A stretch of 62,748 bases of DNA, filler included, from Stramenopiles sp. TOSAG23-3 (GCA_900128585.1; 5 parts of 5 records of this genome joined end to end with filler, not necessarily neighbours in it); one strand, 5' to 3'; numbered from the whole stretch's first letter, positions 11,542 to 23,334 are shown. Notes: generated by a model from the sequence alone, not told the origin. Translations and numbers: made by a program.

Positions 11542-13678
11542 TGTTGTTGTTGGGTTGCACGGACGGAATAAGAATCAAAGTAAATGCTTGTTATTATCTG
11601 TATGCATAAAACGGTGTTTCCTTTTTTTAACTTCTTTCCTTCTCATCCATAAATTCCACTTTCAATCCCTCTCTCTTGACAAACGCCCTTGATAGTCGTT
11701 CTGTTCTAGGTAGGGAAAGAAAGGGAAAAAGAAAGGAAAAGAGTTTTAATTACCGTAATTAATTATTATATTTAAATAGACTCCCTCTAATTCGTTGTTG
11801 TTTGTTGTTGATGTGATGATGATGGGAGATGGGAGGAAGGAGAGAAAAGAAGAGATAACGAATAACGACAGATGATAGAAGAAGAGATCACATGGATCGA
11901 TCATTATATTCTTTTATTATTTTGTCATTTTTTTTTCTTTGATTAATTAATAGTCTAAAGTACCATAATAATAACACCAATTCCTATTAATTAACGATAT
12001 ATAATTTAACAGGAACATAGTATTGAATTCTGATCCTTTCTATTCTTTTTTGATTTTTTTTTTAAAACTTAAGAACACACAGAATCCTGTAGGAAAAGGA
12101 AAAGCAATAGTATTTAAGGCAATATTATACATATTTAAATGAGTAATATTGATAGTGTTCTAACTATATATTATCAATCTATATATGGACCTGATGAATA
12201 TACTATTAAAGTGAAAATAAATTTATTAAATATTATTGTTTACCTTAATTATTAAACTTGATCGATAAAGAATTCTATTCTTTCATTTAAATTTATTTTA
12301 ATTCATCATGATTTATAACTACATGCATCAAAGTACATGCCAATACGCAGTATAACAAAAGAGATAAGTTAAGCAAGAATGAATCTTTCCGATAATCTTA
12401 TATAGGAATAATACTATCAATTAGTATAATTTATTGATAATGTATATGAGTAAAAGAAAGAAGAAAAAAATGGATAATTGAATGGTATTAAATGTATGTA
12501 GTGGATTATTAAAAAACAATTATATTTCCTATTATTATTACGTATAAAATATACTTGAATATTGTATACTATTATGAATGGCTGACGATGGAGTTATAAT
12601 GAAGGGTTTTTACTTTGGGTGAATCGGACTGAAACGACCCAATTCGATTTGAGACTACTATTGAATAGCACTAAATAATTGGATACGAAGGACATCCATC
12701 TATTCCAATGCTGTGTTAAGATAATATTAGTTCCTGTGCCTTTTCTAGTTATCCTATTAAAAATAGTATTAGAATACATAATTTATAATTAAAGCCATTA
12801 AGAAGCAGCTCTGACTCTGGAGCAGTTAAAATATGATCTTCTGCTCTAGTGCTCTGCTCTCGACACACTATTGTAAATTACCCGATAACTACACCCACCA
12901 AGACAGACGACTGACTGACTGACTGACAACGACGCTCTTCTTTTTATTTTAATACATAAAACAACAAAAACAATTTAAACTGTTCTCTGTATCATTCATA
13001 GACTAATCATTATCTTTTGTTTTCTTTCTTTCTTTCTTTCTTTCGACTCTTTCTTTCTTTCTTTCTTTCTTTCTTTTTTTCTTTCTTTCTTTCTTTCTCT
13101 ATATCTCTATCCTATTTCTATATGTAATTAATTAAATATCAGCGATCGTATCCAAAACAAAGATTCGCAACCGCAGAAAGCGTTTCTTCACGAATTAAGG
13201 ATATTTTACATAGAATAATACTACTACAAGTGGTTTAGTAAAGCTAGTTTATTAAAGATAAAGGATAAATCGATGACCCAATCAATTAGGTATTTGTAAT
13301 ATATTTATATATAATAATATTATAGTATTTTTTTATCTGTAAATTATCCTTATCGTCACACGAAATAAATAATAAAATCCCGAATCTTTTTTTCTTCTCG
13401 CTCTTTTCCCACCGACTACTCTGTCCCTGTAGTAGTCGTCTTGCAAGATCAGAATAATCCCTTCTCCTTCTCCTCCTCCTCTCACACAAGGGACACCAAA
13501 GGATTTTGTGTGTCTAGTTGAAACGCATACGTTATAGATGTTTATCCAAGTCAGTATACTCGTACGACGAAATGGAAGCGATGATGAATTCTATGGTAAA
13601 ATGAAAAAATATTGATACCCCAACTTTAATCTAGTACAAAGATCCTCATACCAAACCCAAACCGATTTTAACACAACA

Positions 13679-15070
13679 ATGATGTTCTCAAAATTCGCAC
13701 GCACCGCCGCACGGTCGCCAGCTGCACGCAGCGTCCTTTCGCGCGCTTCGTCTACCACCGCCACGGCCACCCGCAGCAACGCCGCCTCCCGCCTCATGTT
13801 TGGCCTCGGTGCCGCCGGCCTTGGTGCATCTGCAGCCCTTATGACGGTCGCCGATCGCGAACGCCGTGCCGAAATGGCGCCAGCCAACAGTGTCTTTGGC
13901 ATGCTCGAACAGTTGACTGCACGCATGGACAAAATTGAGCAAGCCCTTGGCGTAGGACTTTCCGTCTTTTCTGACGAAATCGAAAAGATCCGCAAGACTC
14001 GTGGAACCAACCCAGGAAACCGAGCATGCAAGTACTTCGACGAAGACTACTTCTCCAAACTAGGCTTGCCATTGCAACAGCGATTGATCCAAATCGTGCG
14101 CACCGGTTTTGAAAACTCAGACTCTGGCCTTGGCTGCTATGCCATGCAACCGGACGACTACGAGACCTTCGGAGAATTCTTCGACCAAGTCATCCAAGAC
14201 TACCATGGGGCCGGCGCCGATGCCGTCCACGAGACCGACTGGGACATCTCCAACATCGGCGAGAACGGCGTTCTTGACGTCAAAAAATTGGGCCTTCCAG
14301 AGCTATCCATGCGTGTACGCGTTGGACGTAACCTTGAAGGGTTCAGTCTTCCAGGCTCCATGGATCGCGCCGAACGTGTCAAGTTCGAGAAGCGCATGTT
14401 GAAAGCCTTTGCCGCGTTGCAGGCCAACCCAGAGTATGGAGGCAAGGTTTACTCCCTGACCCCAGACTTCGATGGTGGAAAGAACCCAAACCTGATCTCC
14501 GCATCCAAGTACGACCAACTCGTCAAAGCGCATGTTATGTTTAAAGACATGGACGCAGATCCATATTTGAAGAGTGCTGGAATCGCCTCTGACTGGCCAT
14601 ACGGCCGTGGCTGCTGGCAATCGGACGATGGCCAGTGCATCATCTGGTTCGGTGAAGAAGACCAGCTGCGTATTATGTGCATGAAAAAGGGCTCCAAGCT
14701 GAACGAAGTCTTCAACCGATTGAAAAAAATGCTCGATACTGTCGAAGGTATTGAAGGGATCAAGTTTGCCCACTCCAACAAGTACGGGTACATCACGAGT
14801 TGCCCAAGTAACCTTGGCACTGGTATGCGCGCATCCGTGCACGTCAAAATCCCTAATTTGACGAAAGACGGCACCGACACGAAAGCCAAAGCAATCGCAA
14901 AACCATTGGGCTTGAGTGTTCGTGGCACCGGTGGTGAGCACACTCCCATTGGAGCCGATGGTACTGTAGATATTTCTCCAAGTGCCCGTTTGTTCATCAA
15001 GGAAAAAGACATTGTTGCTGCCTTGTACAAAGGCATCGAGTTGTTGATGGAGCAAGAGAACAAGAACTAA
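13679..15070 (+). CDS. Phosphagen (ATP:guanidino) kinase with mitochondrial presequence
   Basis: SMRVRVGRN, DWPYGRG, GEEDQLR and CPSNLGTGMRASVH motifs. The N-terminus is Arg/Ser/Ala-rich and acid-free. Confidence 0.95.
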   Translation: MMFSKFARTAARSPAARSVLSRASSTTATATRSNAASRLMFGLGAAGLGASAALMTVADRERRAEMAPANSVFGMLEQLTARMDKIEQALGVGLSVFSDEIEKIRKTRGTNPGNRACKYFDEDYFSKLGLPLQQRLIQIVRTGFENSDSGLGCYAMQPDDYETFGEFFDQVIQDYHGAGADAVHETDWDISNIGENGVLDVKKLGLPELSMRVRVGRNLEGFSLPGSMDRAERVKFEKRMLKAFAALQANPEYGGKVYSLTPDFDGGKNPNLISASKYDQLVKAHVMFKDMDADPYLKSAGIASDWPYGRGCWQSDDGQCIIWFGEEDQLRIMCMKKGSKLNEVFNRLKKMLDTVEGIEGIKFAHSNKYGYITSCPSNLGTGMRASVHVKIPNLTKDGTDTKAKAIAKPLGLSVRGTGGEHTPIGADGTVDISPSARLFIKEKDIVAALYKGIELLMEQENKN

Positions 15071-15296
15071 GCGCGGTTCTAATTCTCCCACACCGTGTGT
15101 ACATACGTAAATCGCAAATCAAAAATATACGGTATGTGGACCCACGTTCGATATTTTTGTATGTCTCGCCGAGGTTTCAATCTAATACACACGGTAAATA
15201 ATGAGCTCAAAAAGTTAATTTAAGCACCTGTAATATTAACGAGAAAAAAAATACTAAGAGCATTTTAAATTAAAAAAAAAAAGAATTTAAGAACTT

Positions 15297-18200
15297 TCAT
15301 TGACTCTCTACCCATGATCGCGCCAAATCTTTGACCTTTTCCTCTCCGTCTGCGGTACCGTTGACCTGTTCAAACTGCAAATATTTTTTAAACAAAAACT
15401 TCATCTTTTTGCTAGAAAATTTCATGGACACGACACGGTCAAAAAGTTTGCGAACGCGTTTGATATCGCCGCTCGCTGTATTCAACGAAACTTCCTGATC
15501 AAGGTACATGTTCCACACATCGACCCGCTTAGGGTAATTGCCTACGACTTCTTCGAATATTGTTCGTCCCCGCTCGGCAGAGCCGTGCTTGAACTCCATG
15601 ATTGCAAATTTGGTGATCAAAGATATGTGCTCTCTATCCGGCAGGCGCTTCAAGGCTTCACCCAGGATGCTTCGGAACTGAATGTACTTGTTGCCTGTCT
15701 GAATAGCGAAAAGACCGTAGTCCGCGTACAGCGCGGTCGATTTGCTGCCGTACTTCTTCATTGCGCGGGTGTACATTGACATTGCTCGCTCTGCGTCACC
15801 TCCCTCGGTGTAGATCTTGGCCATCCTCAAGTATATGGTTATAGGGTCGTTCACTTGCACCGCCCGTTTGAACAGGGTGTTGAAGGTCGAATCGACGCCG
15901 TACTTATACTCTAAATTTAAGTAAGCGAGCCACACATTCAATTTCTCTTCCCCTTCGCGATAATTGATTTTTTTCAATGCCCTCTCTGCAATCCCGCGGG
16001 CAAGATCGATCTCGGTCAACGACAACTGGAAGGCCATGTACTTGATCCACGCAAACGAACTGTTCGGCGACGAAATCACTAGGCGCTCAAAATCGCTCAC
16101 AGATTCTGGTATAACGTTTCCATCCAACAAGGCTTCTTCTTGCGCCACGATGGCGGCTTCCTCCTGTCGACGTGAGCGGGCTTTTTTCCGAGACGATCGG
16201 GCTTTTTTCCGTTTGTTTCCTTCGCCGTCGGAATCGGACTCTGAATCAGAGGACTCGCTGTCGCTATCTCTTTTTCCTAGGCCAGCAAACCCTTGAAAGC
16301 CTTTAAACGAAAATCCAGAGGTCTTTTTTTCACTGGATTCTGTCTCCATATCGCTGCCCTCGTCACTATCACTATTCGATGATGAGTCGGAGTCGGACGA
16401 TTCTGACCCCGAGGCTTCTTTTGCAACGCTTGAATCGGTCTTTTCAAATTTGTTGCCACTGACACTGGGCTCCTCGTCGCCGCTGTCGTCTTCCTCGCTG
16501 TCACTGCCGTCGTCGCTGCTACTGCCATCTTCTTCTTCGCTACTTGAGCTAAACCCTACGTGCTCCCCTTTCGGGGCGTCGGGCGTGTCGTCCCCTTCTT
16601 CAATATCGACAAAATTGGACGGCTTCAGGCTGATCGAAATATTCTTCGATTTTCTATCTATCTTGACCACCTTAGATTTTACCAAATCGCCGACGGAGAA
16701 CAGTTTGCTCAGTTTCTTTACAAACTTATCCGTCGCTTCAGAGATGTGGCATAGCGCGGAAATTCCTGGAGTGCCGCTGTTGATAAATTTCACAAATACA
16801 CCGTACGATTCCACTTTTGAAACAGTCGCTTCGAGAATTTGATCAACTTTAATGCTGTTAAAAGTCAGTCTACCGGCTTCTTCCGGCTTCTCTTTGCGCA
16901 CCTTAACCGCTGAATTCTTTAATGTCAATTCCATTCGACGAGACTTGGTGTCGAGAGTAAGAATTTTCCCAACAACTAACTTGCTTGGGTAAAACACTTT
17001 ATCCGCATGCTTAATGAAGCTGTCGGACAAATTGCTTATCATGACCCGTGCAATGACGGACGGTGACATACGAACAAAACACCCTTGCTTCACAGTCTTT
17101 ACCACGTAACCTTTCGTAATATCTCCACTTTTAAACTGGTCAAGGTCATCGGATTTCAAAAGGTTGTCTAGCCACTTTGTACCGGATCCACCGCTATTCT
17201 TTTCGGCGGCAAAAACGAGCGATGATCTCATCGACAGATCCAGTTGGCCGTTCTTGTGGCTAAGAACGCAGCAACGAACGAATTTTCCAGGCAGAATTGA
17301 GTCCATGCCTTTCTTCTCTTTCTTGCTAGTCTTTCTTCCGAACGGAACGTCGACCCAGTGGTCGCGATCTGTAAGATGAGTAACGCAAACTCGGCCATAC
17401 GAGTTCTTGGAAACTTGCAAATTGATTGCCGGCGCGTTGGAAACCTTCAGGCGGCTCCTCGAGTTCAGTGCCAGCGCTTGCCCCACTACAATAGAGCCAA
17501 CGGGGTAAGCATTCGATGCTTCCGTCAATAAGTCGGAAGCACGCAAGCTCAACTCTAAATGATGCTGATCGTTGTCAAACGATAGAACTTTGCACGCAAC
17601 TACTTGCCCGAGCTGCAGTACACCAGCCACTCCTTGGTCGTTCAAGAGATCGATGTCGTCGTCGTGGGAGCAGTTTGTGGCGTATACAAACCCTTTTAAC
17701 GTTGGCGATATTGCCACCCATGCACCAGTCTCTAAAATCTCCAAGACTACACCGAAAATTTGTTTGCTAGTCAATATTTGAGAAATATCTTTCCATGAAT
17801 AGCGCTTTGCCAGGGACGAACTTTCTAACTCAGAGGGCCGAGTAGTCAGCTGCGCGATTGTGTTCCCAGAAATAGATTGATCGGCAACCCACAAGCATTT
17901 GGCTGTTATTTTGGTCCCAATATCTAATGATCGCATGTGGAGCAGAACGTTTTTCTTGGAATTGTCCTCGTTCAAATCTATCAAATCTGTCAGGAACACT
18001 GAAGCAAGTACGTTTGTGTGGCTCTGTGGGTTGGTGGCCAGGGTTACTTTCACGGACGTCCTAGTGATATCGCTGATTACACCCTCCACGACACTACCGC
18101 GCTTAAGCGTGCTATCGTCATCGGACGAATTAGAAATTACTGAGTTTGACCTCGGTTTCACAAAAACTTCTTCGGGAAAAACTAGCAATGGGGTCTTTTT

Positions 18201-19531
18201 TGGCAACGTGGTGGTTGATTTTGAACAGTACCCCGAGACGACTGCAGTGACCTCTTTGCCGATTGAGAGAGACTTTAAAAATTCGTTTGGTCCATTGTAA
18301 GACACCTTCGACAAGAAGCCTATGCTATTCAATTTATTCTTGGGCGCCAATTGGACCACGTAATACCTCGACTTTTCTAAAAGAACAACGCCCGAAACCT
18401 GCGCTCCAACCTTGTATTTTGAGGAACTTTTTGACTTCTTGTGAATGTGGGAGGGGTCCAGCGACACGTGCAGTGCATTCTGCGTTGAACAAGAAAAGAT
18501 GTACAATGATGTGTTAGATGATGTTGCTTTTAAGGTACGGTACGGGGGGGAAAGGAGGGAGGGAACCGGGCGAGTGGGTCTTGTTGCAATAATAAAGGAT
18601 CATGTTACGAGGTTTTCTAAGTCTCTAAAAGCTTGTGCATCAAAAATCAGTGCCCAGTGCATGATTAATCATTTCCAAAATTGCATCGCAAACAAGAATG
18701 TCATTGGAGATATGTGGGCGAAGTACTTACGTTTTCTTTATCGATATTCAGGACTAGACATTTGCATTGTGCCCCTTTAGCGTACTCATTCTTAGGAGCG
18801 TTCGCATTTATACAAAACCCTGCCATACCACCGTCAATTTTCAACAAGAAGCCTTTGGCCGACTGTTTCAACACCATGCCTTTTACGACCATCCCAACAG
18901 TAAAATCTGACCAATGGCCCGTTTCTTCGCCTTCGTCTTCGCTATCATCTTTTTGCGCGGTGTTCTGCTCCGCTGTGGCTTCGTCTTCTTCTAACAACGT
19001 TCGAAGGTACAAATTCTGCTCCTCGTGCGGTACATTCCACGGGCAACATTGGGACGGCCGAACTGTCCCGATAGGGCTCTCCCCCGGGTTTGAGCTCGGT
19101 CGAACAATCTTCACCCACATTGTCTGGCCACGGTGTACAAAATCAGACGGCGAAACTACGAAACGGTCAGAAATATTTGCCTTTGGAACATACGCAGTGC
19201 TCCTGCCCAAAAATCTTAAAAATGCCCCGTGGGCAGTTGTGTTGTGAACGTAGCCACAGAAAATGTCATCTACCTCGGCATCGTCCAGGGACTTGGGCAA
19301 CTTCCCATTCTCCAGGGCAGCAATGAGGGCCGGCTTGACGGACAACACTATTTTCCACGACGGCAGTCCACCGCGGGTGAAAATTTTGCACGTATCTAAA
19401 ACTAACATATTTTCCACGGCATCGCCCGCTTTCAACTTTCCGAAGAGAGCGTCGCTATGCTCTGGGTGGTCGCTCATTTGGAAAGAGTTCAAAACACCTC
19501 TGACGTTTTCCCCCAGATTAAAAATTGCCTC
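15297..19531 (-). CDS. RRP5: rRNA biogenesis protein RRP5, 5'-truncated at gap; exons >19531-18731 and 18479-15297
   Basis: Multiple S1 repeats plus C-terminal HAT repeats (PNSSFAWIKYMAFQL, YPKRVDVW, KMKFLFKKYLQFE). A phase-0 intron at 18480-18730 joins the two ORFs in frame, and the frame stays open to the gap. Confidence 0.95.
18480..18730 (-). other. Spliceosomal intron of RRP5 (251 nt)
   Basis: GTAAGT donor, CTAACAC branch (plus-strand gttag at 18513-18517), pyrimidine tract and CAG acceptor; preserves frame. Confidence 0.9.
18597..18676 (-). ncRNA. Putative intronic box C/D snoRNA, SNORD88/snR76-like
   Basis: Minus strand reads gga-a-ATGATTA (C), GCACTGGGCA-CTGA (guide plus D'), TTGATG (C'), then ATGA-tcc (variant D, 3-bp terminal stem). 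The guide is complementary to conserved LSU rRNA UGCCCAGUGC. Confidence 0.6.
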
Positions 19532-19631
19532 NNNNNNNNNNNNNNNNNNNNNNNNNNNNNNNNNNNNNNNNNNNNTTAATTAATTAANNNNNNNNNNNNN
19601 NNNNNNNNNNNNNNNNNNNNNNNNNNNNNNN
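19532..19631. other. Artificial scaffold gap: 44 N + TTAATTAATTAA + 44 N (also 39077-39176, 58598-58697, 60674-60773)
   Basis: Identical 100-nt structure four times. The 12-mer is a palindrome with stops in all six frames, and genes on both sides are truncated. Confidence 0.95.
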
Positions 19632-19632
19632 A

Positions 19633-21435
19633 CCAAGCGGCTCTACAGAATTTTTAATGCTCAGTTTCTTTGACATGACAAATGAAAACGCAGACAAGAA
19701 GGACAAGGAGCAAGAAAATAATTTGCCGAGGTTGCGGCTAATTGCGTACAACCCGAAGCTGTCGTACAAGTTAAAGACCGTGATTGCCGGAACTGATTTG
19801 ATCAACATCGTATCCAGCGGAGGTGTCGTCGACGAAGAACTTTTGACGGCTGAAAAGAGGGGGGAGCTCGCAAAGCTAATTGCAAAATGTTTGCGACTGC
19901 AAATGCGACGAAATACGTTGCCTTCACTGTTAATAATCCCACTGGAGGAAGCGTTAGCAGAGGAGGAAAAGAGACTTAAAGAGCGAGAAGACCAAGACGC
20001 CAAGTTGAAGAAAGAAGTAGACAACAAGATTCGAGAGGAGCAGTTTCGATTCAGGAAGGCCGAAGCTGCACAGAAAAAGAAGGACGAGGCACGCTGGCAA
20101 GAACTTCAGAAATCAAGAAAGCGAAGGACCAGCCCGAAATCGAAGACGGAGCTAGTAGCGGGTGAAGTGCCGGATGCGAACGACGAGGAAGAGGAAACAT
20201 ACATGACATTGGAGGAGAGTTCGAAGGCGCCTTGGGCCGTCGCAGCCAGGTACATCAACAGTTCGTGGAGGAAAGCGTTGCAAATAGAAAACGAACAGTT
20301 TATTGTATCTGCGACCGCGACGTACTTAGACAAAGAGGCGCGCATGGCCCAGGGTGGGGTGTACGTTTACAGCTCTGAGAGTGACATTGATCTTGGTGAA
20401 ATATCCGATGAAGAAGAGCTTGCTGCCCGCAGTGAGCTGCGCCTCATGCTGACGGTTTATAGTCCTTCTCTGGCTGAAGCCGCTACCGTAACCGTACCAA
20501 ACCTTGCCCTGGTGCAAATATTAAAGGGCCCGTTGGAGCGGCTGACCGAGGAAGAATTGGAAAACGGAATGACGGTAATGATGCGCTACGTTCTGTTTAA
20601 TATTAAAAAAGAGATGGACATGACAGCGGTGGGGGTGGCAGGGGAGCCACGTCTAAGCATTATGGTAGACCCCGAAGCCGAGCCTCGTTCGGACCGGGGG
20701 GTTCAATACACTCAATATAAAGAAAAGCGAGCTCTCATGGAAAGTCTTCACACGAAGGCAGGGCGGCGCGGTGTAGTCAGCAGCACAGACCCTGGCGAAG
20801 AAATATTTCATAGGGCCATGCGCATCGATGACAATGAAGGAAATTCAAATTATGTGCTTGTCAAGGTGTACCAAGGCGCCGGTGTTCGCGGCAACGGGTA
20901 CCGGTTCGAGGCTTACAGCCCCAAGTTGTCCCACACGGCTGCAATGAATGTTTCCGAGGCCCGCTTACTTCGCATCATCGGTGGTAGAGGCGATCTGATG
21001 CAACCGAACGAGGCTCGGTCCGATTACTTGGCGATTGTGTGCGCTAACTTGATGATAAAAAATGCAGAGATCGAGGCGCATATGCGCATGGTGTTCCAAA
21101 ACAATGTGTATGAAAATGTTGAGAAAGGCATTCGTGAGAAAGAGGAAGAAATTAACGCGCTGAGGGCTGCCGCCGGCTACCGGTGCGGAATCAAAGCTGG
21201 AAAGCGCCATTATTTGATGGTAGCTACGGTCGAAGGCGACAAGTTGTGTTTGGAACTCCGTGACTTCCGAACGTTTGTACACCGCCGGGTAGTGGTCGGA
21301 AAATCCACCCTGTCGGGTAAATGCAAAATGGGATCAGCTGGCGAAGCGGTGAGGACGTTGCAAGACGGTGATCTGAAGCTCGTCTCAACTATGTCTGAAT
21401 ATGTGGATCACATCATAAGCATGTCTAGCATTTAG
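19633..21435 (+). CDS. Hypothetical coiled-coil protein, 5'-truncated
   Basis: Frame open from the gap. It has charged coiled coil and a recurring 'AYxPxLS/A' motif (AYNPKLS, VYSPSLA, AYSPKLS). No family recognised. Confidence 0.7.
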   Translation, partial: PSGSTEFLMLSFFDMTNENADKKDKEQENNLPRLRLIAYNPKLSYKLKTVIAGTDLINIVSSGGVVDEELLTAEKRGELAKLIAKCLRLQMRRNTLPSLLIIPLEEALAEEEKRLKEREDQDAKLKKEVDNKIREEQFRFRKAEAAQKKKDEARWQELQKSRKRRTSPKSKTELVAGEVPDANDEEEETYMTLEESSKAPWAVAARYINSSWRKALQIENEQFIVSATATYLDKEARMAQGGVYVYSSESDIDLGEISDEEELAARSELRLMLTVYSPSLAEAATVTVPNLALVQILKGPLERLTEEELENGMTVMMRYVLFNIKKEMDMTAVGVAGEPRLSIMVDPEAEPRSDRGVQYTQYKEKRALMESLHTKAGRRGVVSSTDPGEEIFHRAMRIDDNEGNSNYVLVKVYQGAGVRGNGYRFEAYSPKLSHTAAMNVSEARLLRIIGGRGDLMQPNEARSDYLAIVCANLMIKNAEIEAHMRMVFQNNVYENVEKGIREKEEEINALRAAAGYRCGIKAGKRHYLMVATVEGDKLCLELRDFRTFVHRRVVVGKSTLSGKCKMGSAGEAVRTLQDGDLKLVSTMSEYVDHIISMSSI

Positions 21436-21560
21436 GGACACAATATTTTGTGATCTGCGGAATTATAAACCAAAATAAAATGATTAGCGAATTTTTAAAC
21501 CAAAATATATGCTGTTTTATTTTGGTAATAAATATATATAAAGTTTAAATACTTCATGCT

Positions 21561-22964
21561 CTAATGCATAAATATCCACATCATCGTCAAAACAATTGCC
21601 ACGGACGACATGTCACAGTATTGTTTTGAAGGAATACCAGCACTTAATTCGTTGCTATTTGTTTTGGTGGTGGTGTTGCTTGTGCTTGTTGTCGTCGTTG
21701 TTGGTGCTTCTGTTGTGGTGGATGAATTTGTTTCGTTTGTGGTCGTTGTCGTCGTTGGTGCTTGTGTTGTCATTGGTGCTTCTGTTGTGGTTGTTGCGGC
21801 AATTGTTGTGGTCGTTGTTGTTGGTGTTTCAGTTGTCGTTGTCGTTGGTGTTTGAGTGGTTGTCGTTGTCGTTGGTGCTTGTGCTGTGGTTGTTGTTGTT
21901 GGTGCTTGTGTTGTGGTTGTTGTCGTTGGTGTTTGAGTGGTTGTTGTTGTCGTTGGTGCTTGTGTTGTGGTTGTTGTCGTTGGTGCTTGTGTTGTGGTTG
22001 TTGTCGTTGGTAAAACAAGTGTCCATATGTTGCCGCCAGACACAACCGCCGCCAGCTTCGTGCCGTCTGCCGAGGAGGTAATATCCACCCAATTTTTCAC
22101 TGCACCTACGGAAGTATCTTCTGTCCAGGTCGCACCGCTGTCGCTGGAGGTCCATATGCTGCCACTATACACAACCGCCGCCAGCTTTGTCCCGTCTGCC
22201 GAGGAGGTGATTTTACGCCACTTTTTTGTACCACCAACGGAGGTATCTACTGTCCAGGTCGCACCACTGTTGCTGGAGTTCCAGATGTTGCCATCTTCAA
22301 CAGTCGCCGCCAGCTTCGTCCCGTCTGCCGAAGAGGTGATACCACGCCACTTTTTTGTCGCACCAACGGAGGTATCTTCTGCCCAGGTCGCACCACTGTT
22401 GCTGGAGGTCCATATGTTGCCATCCCTCACAACCGCTGCCAGTTTTGTCCCGTCTGCCGAGGAGGTGATATGCCGCCAAGATTTTGTACCACCAACGGAG
22501 GTATCTTCTGTCCAGGTCGCACCACTGTTGCTGGAGGTCCATATGTTACCACCATACACAGCCGCCACCAGCTTCGTCCCGTCTGCCGAGCAGGTAATAG
22601 AGTTCCATTCTTTTGTCGCACCAGTAGTAGTTACTTCGGTTATAGTCGTACCGCTATTGCTTGAGGTCCATATATTGCCACTAATGCCCACAGTCGCCGC
22701 CAGCTTTGTCCCGTTTGCCGAGGAGGTAATAAACCTCCAGTCTTTCGTCGCGCCAACGGAAGTATCTACAGTCCAGGTCGCACCGCTGTCAGTGGAGGTC
22801 CATATATTGCCACTACCAACAGTCGCCGCCAGCTTTGTACCGTCTGCCGAGGAGGTGATACCCCACCAATTTTTCGTTGTACCAACGGATGTATCTTCTG
22901 TCCAGTTGCCAGCAGCGGATACGTGGCCCATGCTCAAAAGGAAGACCAAGCAGACAAGAAGCAT
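21561..22964 (-). CDS. Cell-surface beta-propeller (Asp-box/BNR repeat) protein with Thr-rich mucin stalk and likely GPI signal
   Basis: Signal peptide, then 7 near-identical ~44-aa repeats (ITSSADGTKLAA...GNIWTSSNSGATW), (TTTTTTQAP)n and a hydrophobic C-terminus. Confidence 0.85.
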   Translation of the reverse strand: MLLVCLVFLLSMGHVSAAGNWTEDTSVGTTKNWWGITSSADGTKLAATVGSGNIWTSTDSGATWTVDTSVGATKDWRFITSSANGTKLAATVGISGNIWTSSNSGTTITEVTTTGATKEWNSITCSADGTKLVAAVYGGNIWTSSNSGATWTEDTSVGGTKSWRHITSSADGTKLAAVVRDGNIWTSSNSGATWAEDTSVGATKKWRGITSSADGTKLAATVEDGNIWNSSNSGATWTVDTSVGGTKKWRKITSSADGTKLAAVVYSGSIWTSSDSGATWTEDTSVGAVKNWVDITSSADGTKLAAVVSGGNIWTLVLPTTTTTTQAPTTTTTTQAPTTTTTTQTPTTTTTTQAPTTTTTAQAPTTTTTTQTPTTTTTETPTTTTTTIAATTTTEAPMTTQAPTTTTTTNETNSSTTTEAPTTTTTSTSNTTTKTNSNELSAGIPSKQYCDMSSVAIVLTMMWIFMH

Positions 22965-23208
22965 AGTTTAAGTTTGAAAGAGTTAAAATTGTTCAGTGTT
23001 AATTATTTCTTTATCGTGTAAAAAGTTGTTTGGTTCAAATAAATTTGTTATTGAAAACGCTTTTAAAAACGAAAAGAAGTTTCTGTAAAAACTCGTAAAA
23101 GTTTTGGTGCGAAAATTAGTTGGGAGTTGATTGTTTTGTGATTATTATACGTGCGAAAATATTATAGTAGGTATGCTAACAATAAATTTTGGCGAGCCCC
23201 TTTATTAA

Positions 23209-23238
23209 TAAAAGTAAGTACACGTGTACTTACTTTTA
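23209..23238. repeat. 30-bp perfect palindrome centred on CACGTG
   Basis: TAAAAGTAAGTACAC|GTGTACTTACTTTTA. Confidence 0.9.
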
Positions 23239-23334
23239 AGACTAATCAATTGGAATCTTCACCAGAACTTGGGGAGGATCTGCAATAGGAGGAGATATTG
23301 TTCTTGAACTGACACCTTCTTTTTTCTTTTTTTT

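Noticed and set aside
19576..19587. TTAATTAATTAA palindrome repeated four times
   Set aside because: It is always centred in 44+44 Ns, so it is an assembly linker, not biology.
22020..22910. Regularly spaced repeats as a possible CRISPR array
   Set aside because: In-frame coding repeats without unique spacers; no cas genes; eukaryotic context.
21937..22971. 344-aa plus-strand ORF
   Set aside because: Antisense shadow of the repetitive propeller gene.
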